Shown: positions 13,091-27,825 of the stretch, piece after piece
Numbering within the stretch: the first letter of the stretch is position 1
Layout of the letters: each line of letters opens with the position of its first letter
Source of the DNA: Trichoplax sp. H2
Lineage: Eukaryota
Direction: 5' to 3'
NCBI GenBank assembly: GCA_003344405.1
Contig: NOWV01000258.1
Span: 1-64,000 of the forward strand
DNA length: 64,000 bases
Notes under the pieces: model-generated
What the model saw: the letters and a program-made list of their open reading frames with translations, nothing else
Database searches by the model: none
What the model was told of the DNA's origin: nothing
Position numbers and translations under genes: made by a program

Positions 13091-13252
13091 TACTGAGTGT
13101 ACTCATCACTCTCTCTCAGACAGACGGACTTTTCTCAACCAATGTAGTTATGAATAACGCCAAATGGCTACTGAGTGTACTCATCACTCCCTCAGACAGA
13201 CGGACTTTTCTCAACCAATGTAGTTATGAATAACGCCAAATGGCTACTGAGT
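13091..13252. repeat. Near-perfect 78/76-bp tandem duplication
   Basis: TACTGAGTGTACTCATCACTC..CAGACAGACGGACTTTTCTCAACCAATGTAGTTATGAATAACGCCAAATGGC at 13091 and 13169, with a partial third copy at 13245. Confidence 0.93.
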
Positions 13253-13489
13253 ACAGACAGATCTTGTATGTTTGTTTTCTCAATCACTGGTGCTCATTGT
13301 AATAACATGGACGATCTTATATCACTGTCTCCAAGTGGAAGTGAATAACACCAGATAATCAGATTGAGCGTAATATTACTTCATGTAGCCTAAATCAGTT
13401 TGTTCAAAATCGACCATTTGCATACTAAAGTACTGTTACAACGGCATAACCCAGTGTTTGACACGGAGATGAGGCCGACAATATCCGTC

Positions 13490-14560
13490 CATCTGAGAGT
13501 GAGGACAGTATACTGCAATCAGTCGATGCCTCTCATAGTCTCATCCATATTAGACACAGTACAATACTACCGTATACTGTAGAGTACAGTGTGTAGTACT
13601 GTAGTCAAAAGAAGGCCTAGTTCACAAGACTCAAAATGAGCCAACGGACTAGATTACTGGTCATGTCTCTCATCCACACTAGAGACCCTGTATGACTCTC
13701 ATCTACTGTACAGTGTGTATCCAAGTATTTTGTCACTTTGAAAAGCATCAACCAGTGATCTTAATAAGCAAATACTGATTATTATTATATCATTCTATTA
13801 TAGCTCTACTGTATTTTTAAAGAAAAATATTGCCCGAAAGTGACAAAATACATTCTGGTACACCCTGTTTCCTCCTGTACTGTACACTGTACAGTGTACA
13901 GTACAGTACAGTACAATACTAGACTGTAGGATACAGTATGTAGTATTGTAGTCAAAGGAAGGCCTGGTTCACAAGACTCAAAATGAGCCAACTGACTATT
14001 TTACTGGTCATTTCAACTGAAATGCCGATCCATCTGAGAGTACACTAATGACTGTGTAGTACTTTAGAATCAGTCCAAGTCTCTCTTCCACACTGTACTG
14101 TACTGTAGTCAAAAGAAGGCCTCGTTTACAAGACTCAAAATGAGCCAACTGACTATTTTCCTGGTCATTTCAACTGAAACGCCGATCCATCTGAGTGAGA
14201 GTACAGTAATTACAGTACTGTACTGTACACTGTACAGTATTATATCAGTCCAAGTCCCTCATCCACACTGTACTGTACTGTAGAATACAGTATATAGTAC
14301 TGTAGGGTACAGTACTGTACTGCACTCAAAAGAAAGCCTCGTTTACTCCACTAAAATGAGCCAAACTGACTATTTTACTGGTCATTTCAACTGAAACGCC
14401 GATACGAAACGATACACTAGACTGTGTACGATTGCCATCCCCATCAGCTGCTCGTTTGGTTTCCAGTGTGTCCGTCCAACCTTTCCGATACCAACAGCTG
14501 TATAGTGTATACTGTATACTGTGTATAGTGTATACAGTGTATAGTGTATACTGTATAGGA
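13490..14560. repeat. Second modular array: conserved block x4 with TACAG/CTGTA-rich spacers, upstream of EXOC4
   Basis: Block (AG)TCAAAAGAAGGCCT.GTT.ACAAGACTCAAAATGAGCCAAC..ACT..TT..CTGGTCAT at ~13603, 13950, 14107, 14326 (last diverged). Spacers are TACAG/CTGTA/GTACA runs, with a TATAG/TATAC variant at ~14500-14556. Confidence 0.9.
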
Positions 14561-14769
14561 CGCAGACACCTCCAACGTAGTATAGTCCACACTAGGCATT
14601 GCCCACAGTCAATCCATTCGCTGGCTACCCAACCCGAACGTGATTGAAGACCGAGGTTGGCCAGCTTGAACTTGTTGCTGGCGTTGGTCGATCCTTTTTC
14701 CACACTTGATCATCCAAATTCATTTCAATCAACAACTCGGCCAGTTAATCAAGACTGACTAAGGCTCAA

Positions 14770-17700
14770 ATGTCTGGAACAAAGGTAAAATGACCAGTTG
14801 ATTAAATCATGTAGCATGTACTTTTAGTCCATAGCGATTGCAAAGTGTTGAGAGCCTAGACTGGCATGTCGATACATTGTCATAGTAACGATCGATCGTC
14901 ATACTTTCAACTAACGTGATGGATGGCTATGTCTATTCTAGAGTGGTGCAACCTACCTTATTGCTGTTATTAAGAGTCTTTCTATAAGGTAAGAACACTT
15001 GCTAGTTGTAGCAATGGGTAACTTGTGCTCTAGCCTCTCCCATAGACACTAGCTCGTACAATATAAATCATTTTTAATAGCCTTTCATTGTACTGTGTGC
15101 TGTCTAACGTATATTCAATCAAGGCGAGCGCAAAACCTGAACAAAACAATCATCCCATACAAGACTTGGTTAAAATGATATTTACTAGTAGATAGTATTA
15201 AAAGAAACGTTTCAATAACGCTGTGTATAATGTATGCAACCCTAATTTCCACTCACTACAGTTCAGTGCAGTCATTTGTAACGTTGACGCTGTTTGAACT
15301 TGATCGACTGCAGCATATCGACAGTGTCGAGCTGGCTGAGTCATGTAGCCAGTGACCCAGTTTTCAAACGATGTAAAGTAAATTTCCACTTGTAGTCTAT
15401 TTCTATTTTCCAACGCTATCTAGTCGTACTAAGTGCATACTGATGGATGGAATCAATCTCATTCCATAAGTGAAAAAAAATGTCAATTAAGTTTAAATTC
15501 ATTGTATTTATTAGTGGAGGCGATAAACACCATCGCGATGATGAAAAGGCTCGGCTAGAAAGTGAATTTACAGCTTGCGATGATAAATTAGAACGACTAA
15601 TTGCTGGTAAGTTGATGTGAAATAGAATTTATAATAGAAATACGAGATGTTACATATTCGTCCTGATTAAGTTTTGTCATGACGTAGTTGTAGTCTAAAG
15701 ATAAACACTGGAGATATTCTATCCTTATTGTGGAGTATTCATAAATGGTTTAGGATTTCTATTCTTCTGGAAATGGTAGTCTAAAATATAAATACTACAG
15801 ACGTCATGTCCTCATTTTGTCGTATTCGTAGATGAGTTACTACTCTTAAAGTACTTGAGACACATGACCCTTATTCTGTAGTAGCCATAGGTAGCTCCAA
15901 TATGTTATTCTTCTGGAAAGAGAAAACAAACAGACTATCTAGCTTAATAGCCTGTTTCTTATCTCACTATTGTAAGAGATTCACATTAAATATTAAACAA
16001 ATCTACTGACCTTGCGCTTTTAAACAGAAAATTATGATCAACTTCAAGCTGCTTTGCAGGCTTTCACAGGAATTAGGAAGCATGTAACAGGTAATATGTT
16101 CAATTATACCAGAAATAGGCTTGATGCAAGGGTCGATACACCCACATTGATTCAACTATATTATTAAAAACAAGCAAATACTAGATCAAGTTTCCCGTAT
16201 TACTATATCAAAAGTAGTATAACGATAGATTATAGTAGACATTACAATAACAATTCGCATCAAAATTAGTAACTACTTCATTGTAACTGTCTCCTATCAC
16301 ACAATAAGGCTACATTATAAATAGTTTAAAAAAATCACTTTAAATAGCTAACTTGGATGATATCCTATAAATGTCGTTTTCAGATTCTTTAGAAACTGTA
16401 AAGCAGTTAAAGTCCAAGTTGATAGCTTGTAAAGAGTTACTAAGCTACAGGCGTGAAGACTTGTTTAAGCCTTGGATGGATAGTGTTGAAGAAAAGCAGA
16501 AAATAAAGATATTAGATAAAATGTATGTGTTCATTTGTGAGAATTTTGTCAGACTGTAGTCATATCATTATTTTTGACATTTATTTATGGCAAAAACTGC
16601 TTCTTAACGACTAACTGTTTAGTGTTCTCATCAAGTGATAAAATTCGAAGTACGCCCGAACAGTTTGATAAATATGTGGCAGAAAAACGCTATCTGCATG
16701 CAACAGGACTACTTGTAACGACATGTAAGAATTCATACGTTTAGCAGAGTTATGCTAACAAAATGGAACTCATTTTTACTGAAATATTACAGTAGAATCA
16801 TTAGACGGCCAGCTAAAATCCATTGAAGGCTTAAGAGAACTGAAGGCGGAATTACGGACTAGAAAAGAAGTAAATTTGCTAATTTTCAACTTCAATACAT
16901 ACTATTTTCCAGACCGATTGCCTTCCTTTGCTAACTTTGATCTCGTACTATAGAAAATGCACGAAACGTTGATTGAGGAATTAAGTAACCAAATATATGT
17001 AAGATCCGTAAAAGATATTGAGACCAACAAGATAACTGAAGGTAGAATTACTTATGGACGTCATTGATCTTCAAGTTTGTTAACATGACCAAATTATTTT
17101 AAATTTCATAGCTGAGAATGACGCTTCAAGGAAGAGAGCAAAAACTAGAACAGCGATAAGTTCGTTTTCTATCATTTATATAATTGTTTGATTATCAATA
17201 TGTCTTAGGAAAGTGTGCCCCACCTGATATCACAAACTTAATACTATGCAGGGAACATGATACTACATGATCGATCTTCAGAAGGACATGCTATCAGAGT
17301 AATTATGATTGTCAATAACAAATCATGTGCAGAATGATGTCCTATCAATTTCATTTTGTCTATCATAACTACGTCCTTCTGCTTGTAACTACTAAGCAGC
17401 CGAAGCTTAATATCAGTTCTGTCCATTTATCTATTTAGGGGATGGAAGATTTATTGCAGTCGCAGCCGGAAGATGATGGCGAATACTTTGTCAATGTTAT
17501 TGTTGAAGCATTGAATCTATTAGGAAAAATACCGGACGCTATTGTAACTATTGAAAGTAGAATCAAGCGTGAAATTCAAATGATCATAAAGAAAACTAAA
17601 GCTCAAATTTCTGATAAGTAAGTTCTATTCTACGATGAGAGTAATGTGTTTGAGAATGATATCCATTATACGTTACTGAGACATGTTACTATGATTATGT

Positions 17701-20700
17701 TATAATTTAGCCCACGATATAAAGCAATGAGTGCCGGTGATGCACAAATTCTTTTAGAGTTTCTTAACCTTTTATTTAAGAAATTTTGTGCAGTTACCAA
17801 AGCACATGAAGTAGCTGCAGATGCTATTGATAAATCACTGGTATTTGCTAATAACATCATAAAATCTCATTATCATTAATTAAAGTGATCTAAGGCTATT
17901 TTCTTCGTTATTTTAGAGTGGTTCCAATGTTACACAAAATGGTATTGTGTAATTTTCTTATTTACAACTTATTCGCTACGTCTAAATTATGATCGCTATA
18001 TACTTAATGATAAAATTAATTTTGTATAGAAAATATTGCTGTTTATCGTGTAGCTGATGTTTGGTCGGAGATGCAATATGCTGTAAGGGATACATTAGAA
18101 ATACAGATCTATAGATGCATCTAAGCATATTATTTAAGTTTCTTTGATGACCACATTTGATGAAAATATGATTTGGATTCTATGCCTGTAGGTACAAAAC
18201 ATTCTGAATCAATACTTAGATGTGACGAATACTGCTGCTTCTTTGCAAATTAGAGCGCAAACGTATAAAGAAGCATCCATGTATGCTTAAGTTACAAATT
18301 GAAATTTATCAATTAGAGTAGATACGATAAGCATTGATTTCGTGGGTCGACAATAATTGATGTTACCAAATTTATAGTAATGTCGCAGAATACTACACGC
18401 AACAAGGTAGATTTCTACGAACCGGTCCAAAACCGCAGAAAAAGGTTGCGCCTTTAATTCTTTTGGTCAAAATGAGCGCAACAGTTAGATAAGACAATTG
18501 ATATTATTTCAAATTATAGGGGCCGCTCTTTCGTTTCGATAATTCTTCCCATGCTATCACAATGAGTAGCTACCTAATGGAAAAAAAATTACAAGATCCT
18601 ATTGCTGCTATGGTTATTTAATTGATATTTTAATTATTTACGAGTTGCCATTTTATTACTTTCACGCAAGCTGATATTATAAGATATAATTGATATTAGG
18701 AGGACTACGATGTTGATATTAAGTTACCTTGTACACCCCATGCAAACCACATTAACGGTTAGAATTACCTAATGCATTATTCATGACAATGCCTGTAATA
18801 CTTTCGAAGCTTTTATTTGTTACTTATCCGTCTATGTGTTGTTTTTTGGCAAATAGCTGTATACAAGGGATTGTGCTCTTTTATCGCCAAGGCTGAAGAA
18901 AATCTAGGTCTTAAAGAAGGGTTAGGCGCTGTATAATGAAATCATTTTGAAACTGCTGTGTATGAAGAACTATGCTAACTTATATAATATTTATTTTGTA
19001 GGAACCATTGCCCACTGTTTCTGTTTGTAGATGCTTTCATTTCTGATATCTATCTTAGAAAAATCCAATTGCAAGTGAAAGAGAAAATCGACTCAGTTGT
19101 GAAAGGTTATACCATATAAACTTTTGTGTTAATAATTACCCTAATTATTATTACCTAAAATTGAGCTGATCACTAGTTCTTTGTTTTTCATGCAGGTGTG
19201 AACGCTTTAAAAAATATGATTGACATGCATACGCAAAAATTATTGAAACTGGCCAGACCAATTTTACATAGTACAGTCGTTATCCATACCGTCATACATG
19301 ATTTAGTTGATATGATACATGATTTACCAAGATACTGCCCAAAAATTGTCGATCTTTTGCTTGAAGTGATTACCAATTATCGAGATGTAATTGCAGAAGT
19401 TTATAACGGTAGGCGTTAATTATTCGGTGATGTGTCTATTAATCAACAAAATTGAAACAGCAATTAACGGTTTCTCATCCTAATGATTTTTCTTGCAGGT
19501 GTACTGCGCTTTGCATCTGACGGCGAAACTAAAGTTATCAGCGCTAAGTGGGCCAAAGATGCGTATATTAGCAATTTATTAAAGTATTGCACCTATTAGA
19601 TTGCTATCGACAAATTTAGAATCTTTATAAACTTTTGATATAACATTAAAAGAGTTTTGCTACGTTATTGTATATTACATTGGTTAGATCCTTGCCAAGC
19701 TGGAAAAATATCATGTCCGCTTATAGTGAAGAAACAGTAAGTAGATTAGAAAAGTACTTTAATAGTTAGTAAACAATATTAGTTTTACTTATGCCAAGAA
19801 TTTATACGGGTACAATCCCTAGTTTTACAACATTAAACTTTATCTTTCTTGATTACTTTTTCAAGAACGTGGATGATGAAAGTGTAACTACGGACCGAAA
19901 CCAACAAGTAATCTCCTTATTGTCTAGCGAAACCGCTACAATTACTTTTTATAGTATTCACGCAGCAATAACTTGATGCTTTTGTAACCTTTAAATAAGG
20001 AATCCGAGTATTTATCCAATAATTTAAGTAGTGAAATGTTGCAAAAAGAAGAAATATTAAGCGAATATGATGATTTAAGAATGTTGGGAAACTTGCACGA
20101 AAGCCTGGTAGGTTTATCATTGTCATACTGAGGAGTTTTGCTGAAAGAAATGATTTCTTCTAAACACGTATTGTAATGATAATTTTTAGGTTTGGTTTAG
20201 TGATGCGCTGCTATCATTTTGTGATGTTCTGAAACATAGTATTCCTAAGAACACATCAGAATCTCAGAAACTTAATCAAGACGAGGTACAGTATCTTTTG
20301 ACACTATAAACTATTTTTATGCATCGTACGAAATCTAGCGCTAACTTAACTGCTGTAATGATCTAGGGCAATAGCGTCGTAGCAAATAGCATAAGGTAAT
20401 GTGTTTGAATGGAATAATTAATTGTCAATTGATATTTTATTCTTGACTTTAAAGACAGATTACTTTTATGTTATTATCAATAGCTCACTTAACAAGTTAT
20501 CGGAGGATTTTAAGGAAATTTCGGAAACTTGCCTCCTTGTTTTACATTTGGAAGTGCGGTGTCACTGCTTCTTCTATTTAAGTCGTGCTACAAAGATTGT
20601 AAGTCAGTATGACATTTTATGAATCGATATTGTAGAGTATAACTGTTATAAGTTATTTCTGAGCACTAGATGAATATTTATTGATTTTTTCGATGATATT

Positions 20701-21589
20701 TCTTGGACATTTATTGTTAACTGAAAAGGACGTACGATTATCTATATATTTAATTTTCTTAGTCAAGCTACGAATGCACTGTTGATGCCTTGGATCCCGA
20801 TCCTCTAGTTATTGGTTTAAATAAGGATTTAGCCCGCATTGAAGACACGATGTCTACTTGTTTGCACCCTAATAAATTAAGGTAATGTTGAGTTTTGTTT
20901 ATTTATTCAAACGTCATTTGCTAATTTCTTAAGCAAATAAAGTTTATTGAATTACTTTAGTCTAATAAGAGTATGGTATACATTAATTTGTAAATTTTTT
21001 AATTGATAGATATCTGTTTGATGGTTTGGGAAGCCTTTTGTCGATATTCATGATATCCAGCGCTAGTTATATAAAGAAATTAAATTCTAATGGCATCGAA
21101 AAAATGTACTTTATCTTTCATAACTATGTCTCACAGTCTCTGAAGTACCAATATTGATAATGTTTTGTATTTTCTTGGGTTAATATGATTTTGTTTTATG
21201 CGATATTATACTGTAGGTGCCGTAATATATTTGCTCTTCAACAAAACTTAAATAATATCACCTTGAGTAGAGAAATTGCTTTGGATCGGTGTCGACAGTA
21301 TTACGAACTTCTAAATTTATCTACTGACGTAAGCTTATCTTTCTCTTCATTCTTGTAAACTATTAGATTAAATTTTTCTTACTTGCAACGTATCTTCCAA
21401 CGCTGAATCTGATTCATTACTATTTCGTAGGATATCATTCAATGCATAATTGATAAAGGCAGGCTATATAAAGACACTGAATATATTAACCTTCTGACGT
21501 TGCAATCACGCCGTACTAGTTTTAGTGGCAGGAGAGATTTTAAAGCAAAGATTAAGCGGCTGCAAGAAGTGCTAAAGGAAATTGCTTAG
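14770..21589 (+). CDS. EXOC4: Exocyst complex component 4 (Sec8), many short exons
   Basis: Spliced peptides [161 protein letters not shown] match Sec8. Stop TAG at 21587-21589. The 15-nt first coding exon (14770-14784) is less certain. Confidence 0.95.
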
Positions 21590-24500
21590 GACGCTTATTG
21601 GCGACATAGGCTGCATGTGTTAATAATATCATCATCAGCCATGTGTAATATTAAATTTTAGGGTTAATCTAAACGCAATGTACAGTTTTAAAACAACTTC
21701 TCATTTGTAAATTATAACTGTCGTAGAATACTGCTATAAAGTATAGAAGCATAGATATAAAATCTTCATATAATCACAATTAAAACCCGATTACGGTGCG
21801 AAATATCTAAAATTAAAAATGACGAATCACATTAATTCATGACACACACTTCAAGTAGCACTAGCAAGACGGACCACAAATTTCAATACCTGCATGTTTG
21901 TCTTAATTTTACTAGACTACCTTGAGATTTTAAATCTAATCATTTCGGTTTGTATTTTATACCAATAGATTAAATAGCTAATCAGTTCCTTAAATTAAAT
22001 AGATTTTGAGGTATACAGAAAAAGTAAATATATTTAGTGAATGAAAATACATTATCGAACTTTTTTGTTTGATTGAGTTATTCTGTTTTATAAGTCTAGC
22101 AATATATATAAATAAAGATGGTGATCCAACTTTTAATCAACTGGAAGCGCAGTAAAATTACACAAGGCATCGGCTTTTTCAGTAAGAAATAAGCTCCGAT
22201 GGTAATTAAATTTTTCTTATTGACTGGAGCTGTAATTATCTATAGAACCCATGAGAACAAATAACTCTACTTTGCTAGCAACAGCTTTAGCCAGCAACGA
22301 TATATCAATTAATAATTATTAGTCTTATGTGATGCATAGATTTTAATCCCGTAGAAGTACCGTAAATAAAATAGCTACCGGATGTTTAAATGTGCTTCCT
22401 CTCTCTCTATGACGCATTTTATACTTTAACCGTTACAATCACTATTATACGTTAAGAAGTTAATAATGTATTAAGTTAGATATTTTTAAGCACTAATTAT
22501 ATAATCTGAATGAGATCTAATTTGGAGCCAAACTTATAAAATTCGTGTATTATCTACAGTACGATCGATGTGAAAGTACTTGACCCATGCAGTACCCGTA
22601 GTGCTTCAAAATATGGCTAAGTGTTTCCATCCACTACTCTAAAAATTAATTATCCAGAAAAATTTGTTGGTAGTAGATTCTTGTGATAACTTTGACCTAC
22701 TTCATGCTATCCATAAATGAAATGCAAACACAGTTTATTCAAAATTTTGGATTGAATGATGAAGGTATCATTGAAATAGATATTATTATAGCGAACAATA
22801 TCGTTACAAGCCTTACCATTACTAACAGTCTGCATAATTCGTGATATTCTAGGATTTAACAAATCGACGCAACTCTAGTAAGTATTAATTACAATATGAT
22901 ATACTGCAGATTGTACAGTGTACAATCAATCAATTATTTCTGAAGATTTAACTTTCGCTTTCATAAAATAGCAGGTAATTCCTTCAACAACAAGGGCGCT
23001 AGATAAATATTTGATGATATTAATATACGTATATAGTGATAGTATCTGATTGGTAGCTGGTGTTAAATTGACTATTCTGGTGTCTCATTAAGTACAGAAA
23101 TTCATATATTATTCCAATTTCTATAGAACAGTAGGCATTGTTTGCACAACTATGTAATGAGATTTAGGGCATCGTAATTAATCAGCATTGTCTGCTGACA
23201 GTACATTGCTACCTAGCTGAATTCATCAACTTTATGAAATAGTTATTATAGCTCCTTTAGCTTGGGTGCTTTATGATCACTATGTTTAACAATGTAATAT
23301 CTTAAAACTACATTGCTTTAAATATAAATGCAGAGATAACGCAATAGCTTTAAAAAATTGAGATTAATTTATATTTGCAACTGTCCAGTGCAGCATTCCA
23401 TTAACTCTAGTTCGAAATGTACCCATATGATGGAAGCCTTAAAAATTATAACCAATAATTTTTGTCCTTATTCGCGATTATTCTATACAATATTCCAATA
23501 TTCCAATTTCTTTTATATTTTATTCACATGATACACAATGCATCAAAACTGTAAAATAACTGTTTAGTTTTTTCGAAAATTTGTATCCGCAAACTTCAGT
23601 CACACGATAGAACACCTATAATTTCAAATAATGTGAGCGATTATTAAAAATCTCGGATTATAAGTTGTTGCGTTGACCAGGCTATTAAATACTTTTTTTA
23701 TAAATTGCATTGCCATCAAACTCAAATTTAATACGCGATATAAAAATAGCGTCATCAAATACGTATAGTCTAGACCCTTTAGAATCTTATTAAAACAGAA
23801 ATAATTTATAAAAATTATATTCACCCCAAATACTGATATTTTGAATAGCTTTAAGAAGAGCTTACAGTATGGTATGGAATGGCAAAGGAAAATTAAAAGT
23901 TATTTTATTGCAGATGAAAACATCCAGTTTTCAAAAATAATGATTACGTGTAAAACTCAAGGTGATTCTTCATGTATACTCGTATAATGCCCATAAAAAT
24001 ACCATCAAACATCTCATTTCGGCACTAACTCTCTTCAATTAGTAACCATACATCAAAAAAATTAGTAAAACTAAATCTATCTACTAACTACTCGTAAAAT
24101 TATCCATCTAAATGTAGCCCAAAACGTAATAGTACATTAGCAAGGCCTATAACACCGTAAGCGTACCGTACTTAATAACATATACCAGTTCTAAAATTAC
24201 TATCTTACGATTAAAATAAGACTTAAACTTCCGTAATTAATAATTAAAAACGGATATCTTACCAACATAATGTATTTATTTATGTTGGTTAGTAAAACAA
24301 CATCTATAATGGATTGTACGGGGAAAATCAACTATTTCGGTAATACACTCAATTTTGGACATTATTTAAAGAAATGACTGTATGTTATGAGTATCCATGT
24401 CGGTCCTTCAGTAGAAATAATATATCTATTATTTTTTAAACGTAGAATATTTAGTAGATAGTACTGAATAATGGTTAAAATAAATTCTGTTAGCCTAGTT

Positions 24501-26101
24501 GATATTCTATATTATGGCTGTATTAATGCAAACTTTTGAGATCAATATATTCTGTCTATTAGACAAAATTTGTCGTTATTGTTATCATTTTCTATTATAA
24601 TTATATGAACAAATGGATATACTGACTTCACTACAGTTGAGTGATAAGATTCTAATTAATGTAGGCAGTTCTTGAATATCCAATATGATAATGAATTCAA
24701 TATGTATATAATGAATAGGTAGAATTGTCTTCAATTTTGATATGCGCCATTAATGATCTTTTAGATTAAATAAAACTCCTATCTAGTACTATTCGAAGCT
24801 GTTCCTTATTCACTCTCATAATAGTAGACTTTAATAACTACACTACATCTATCTTTGCTATAAATTTAGAAAAATAGCCAACTATTGATATTGACAACAA
24901 GTTTTCGCTCATGGACTAAATGTCTATTACGGATCTGATCTGCGCAAAGTACGGTATGTATTTCCTTATTGCGGTTTACATCTGCATTACCCGACTATAC
25001 TTATTGAAATTTTATTAAAAGATTGAAATATTACCACTTCTTACGCTGAATTATAATTAAAGCAGCGGTTTTCGATTTTTAATTATGTATTGGATATTTA
25101 ACTATATCTGCATGAAGTATTGTTGTCCTGTTTTCGTATTTACTTACGATGATATATCGATCATGAATAGAGTTGATTAGAATATATATTTTATTCTATC
25201 ATTCTATCGTTTGAACGACATGAAGAGATACGCTAATGAATATTCAAATAGTATAGATCAAGGCTTTTCTTGTAAATAGCATAATAAAGTAACCAAGGTT
25301 ACACTTTAATCTATTCACATAAAAGCTTAAGTTTTAAAGGCTAAGTTGAATTGTAGTTGGGAGTGAAGAAAATTAATTGTCTAATTGATCATTTGTATTA
25401 GACTATAATACAACAGTTTTTAATTTTACAATAAAGAGTAAGGATATAATAGGCAAGACATTGAGCCATCTTCGATCAATAATCGTTATTTTTATAGGTT
25501 ATGCAATTAAGTTAAACACTAAGACAGTCTATTAATGCTTATCGTGCATAATTTTTGGATGAAGTAGAAGTGGGAAGGTTGAATGAGAAGAACTACTATG
25601 ATCAACCAATTACGTGATTTTATAAACTATTTAACGAGAGTGTACGATTGACATAGTTTTATTCTTTCTTGTTGCTACTCCATTTTCTAAATCATCACGC
25701 ACATCATTCTAGGAGTGGACATCTGTTTTCTCACTATTCAATTTAATAATTGATCCTTTCCTAGGTCCTGCTGTTAATTACAAAATATAACAAATTGATT
25801 TTATTTAGGTGAAACTAAATGATTGATTGTATTATTGATAACGAGAAGGATTTAAAATAACCTTCAAATTTCATTTTGAATACAATTCATCTCTACTGTA
25901 CCTTTTGATCGTATTCAACATTTTTCAGATTGCAAGTGTATAGAAATATTGCATCTTAAAAGATATACCGTTAAAAGTTCAATTATAACATTGGTATTGC
26001 TGGTAGACGTTTCAGAATCTAAGAATCGCTGTATACGATAGTAGCTGTGGTAAAAAGTGGAAAGATTCAAGCTTTATCTCCGATTAAACATTTAAACATA
26101 A

Positions 26102-26722
26102 ATGGGTGCAGCACATCATAAAGCTTCCGAAGACCTTGGAGAAACTATCTTACCTATTGGTGTCACAGAAGTCGATCAATTTTTCGCTAGTTCCAATAAC
26201 TACGTTATCTTAGTTCGAAATTTAAAAAGCGCTTTAGATAAACGATTAAAAAAATTTGATCATTTCCAAACGCATAGTCTTCCCGATGATTGCTATGAAT
26301 CTTTTAAGATATCACTGACTTATTTTGTCGATCATTTACCGGTCCATGAAGTTAAAATCGAAGAAGACGGCCAAAATGGTGGTTTACAGCTTATTGCGGA
26401 CAATAAGAGACTATTTGGCAATATGATCGATATCCACCAAGCTTTGCAACAATTATTAGAAATATCGCGTAATGTTACTGATCATACACCAGAATTTATC
26501 GATAAGTTGAAGGAAATTATTAGCGATAGTGAAGAATTTGTTGCCAATTCAAAAACTTTAGCCCATCAAGCTGGCTTGAAAGAGGAAGATATAAAAATTG
26601 CATCTAATCGGTTTATTAACAATGTTAAAATTATTAATCAATCATTGGCTGACTGTTACATCATGTCTGAGTGTGCTAAACACATTAACCGTGATGTAAA
26701 GTTACATATTGGTAAAGTTTAA
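26102..26722 (+). CDS. Uncharacterised 206-aa alpha-helical protein with N-terminal MG (possible myristoylation), paralogue of 35052-35921
   Basis: Intronless 206-codon ORF in very AT-rich DNA. Aligns by eye with the 35052 ORF (EVDQFF/EIDSFF; KLKEIISDSEEF..AHQAGL / DFKELVSEAKAL..AKNAGL). Confidence 0.8.
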   Translation: MGAAHHKASEDLGETILPIGVTEVDQFFASSNNYVILVRNLKSALDKRLKKFDHFQTHSLPDDCYESFKISLTYFVDHLPVHEVKIEEDGQNGGLQLIADNKRLFGNMIDIHQALQQLLEISRNVTDHTPEFIDKLKEIISDSEEFVANSKTLAHQAGLKEEDIKIASNRFINNVKIINQSLADCYIMSECAKHINRDVKLHIGKV

Positions 26723-27825
26723 GTAATTTTTTTCTGAATAATGGAATTGATTCATTTTGCACTATAATGAAAATCATCTGTCTATACATTTGTCATTATT
26801 ATTACCATGCGTGGTTATCATTGCCATTTTACGATAAAATATTTCAGTATATTATCTCTGCCTTCTACTGTATTAAGTATAAATTCAATTTTTTATCTGA
26901 TAGTTTTGCAATTGACATTATGGAGTACATGATCTCGAACGAATCCGAAAGAATATGATTGAATAGTATAATTCCGAATCAGAAAAATTTTCAATGTTAT
27001 TTCAATAAACCCTTTCTGGTTAACCTAAGTAATATTTAATCGATATCATTTATGTCAGTATTAACTTATTATTTGAAATATTAGTAATGTCTACTGACAT
27101 CTTCAATTATTAATGGATAATCAACTAAAATCTTAACGCTAGAGCTTATGGTAAAGTATTGATTTGTCAAATTACTAGTGGTTATCTTACAGCATCATCA
27201 GTTTCCTTGATATTCTTGATCCATTTATTAAAAGATCTTCAATTCTTGTTAACTCTGTCATATAAGGGCCATCTAATGATATTGATGACGAAGTAAGTCA
27301 TGCATATTTCAAGTTAAGCTAAACAATGTAGGACATGAATGATCTTGCTTCTAGTGGTATCGTTAGAATCGTTTGACTGAATTTAGCATTTTGCAAATCT
27401 ATCGTATTAATGGCTTATTTAGCCTTTCATCGAAGTTCAATTATTTTGCTTGATTTTTCTTAGACTGTAACTTGAATATTATCAGTAATTGAAAAAAATT
27501 CTATCTTACTTCAAACAGCTACTAATAGTTTAACTGCCAACCATTTTATATGCTATCTATCCTTACTATAGTCAATCAACTTTTCATCTAAAAATCTCCA
27601 TGCCCATGAAATCATACTAACTGCTATGTCAGTAACGGCTATTCTATTTTATCTCATTAGATAAGATTAAAAACATAATCATCCGTAATAAGGAATACGA
27701 TCCATTATCATTAAGAATAACTCATAGAATTAGATGTTTAAAGTTCTCTTCATTGTTAATAATTATTATACTGACTAATTTCCAAGAATGATAATGTCGT
27801 TATTCATTTCAAATAAAGTAGAGTT

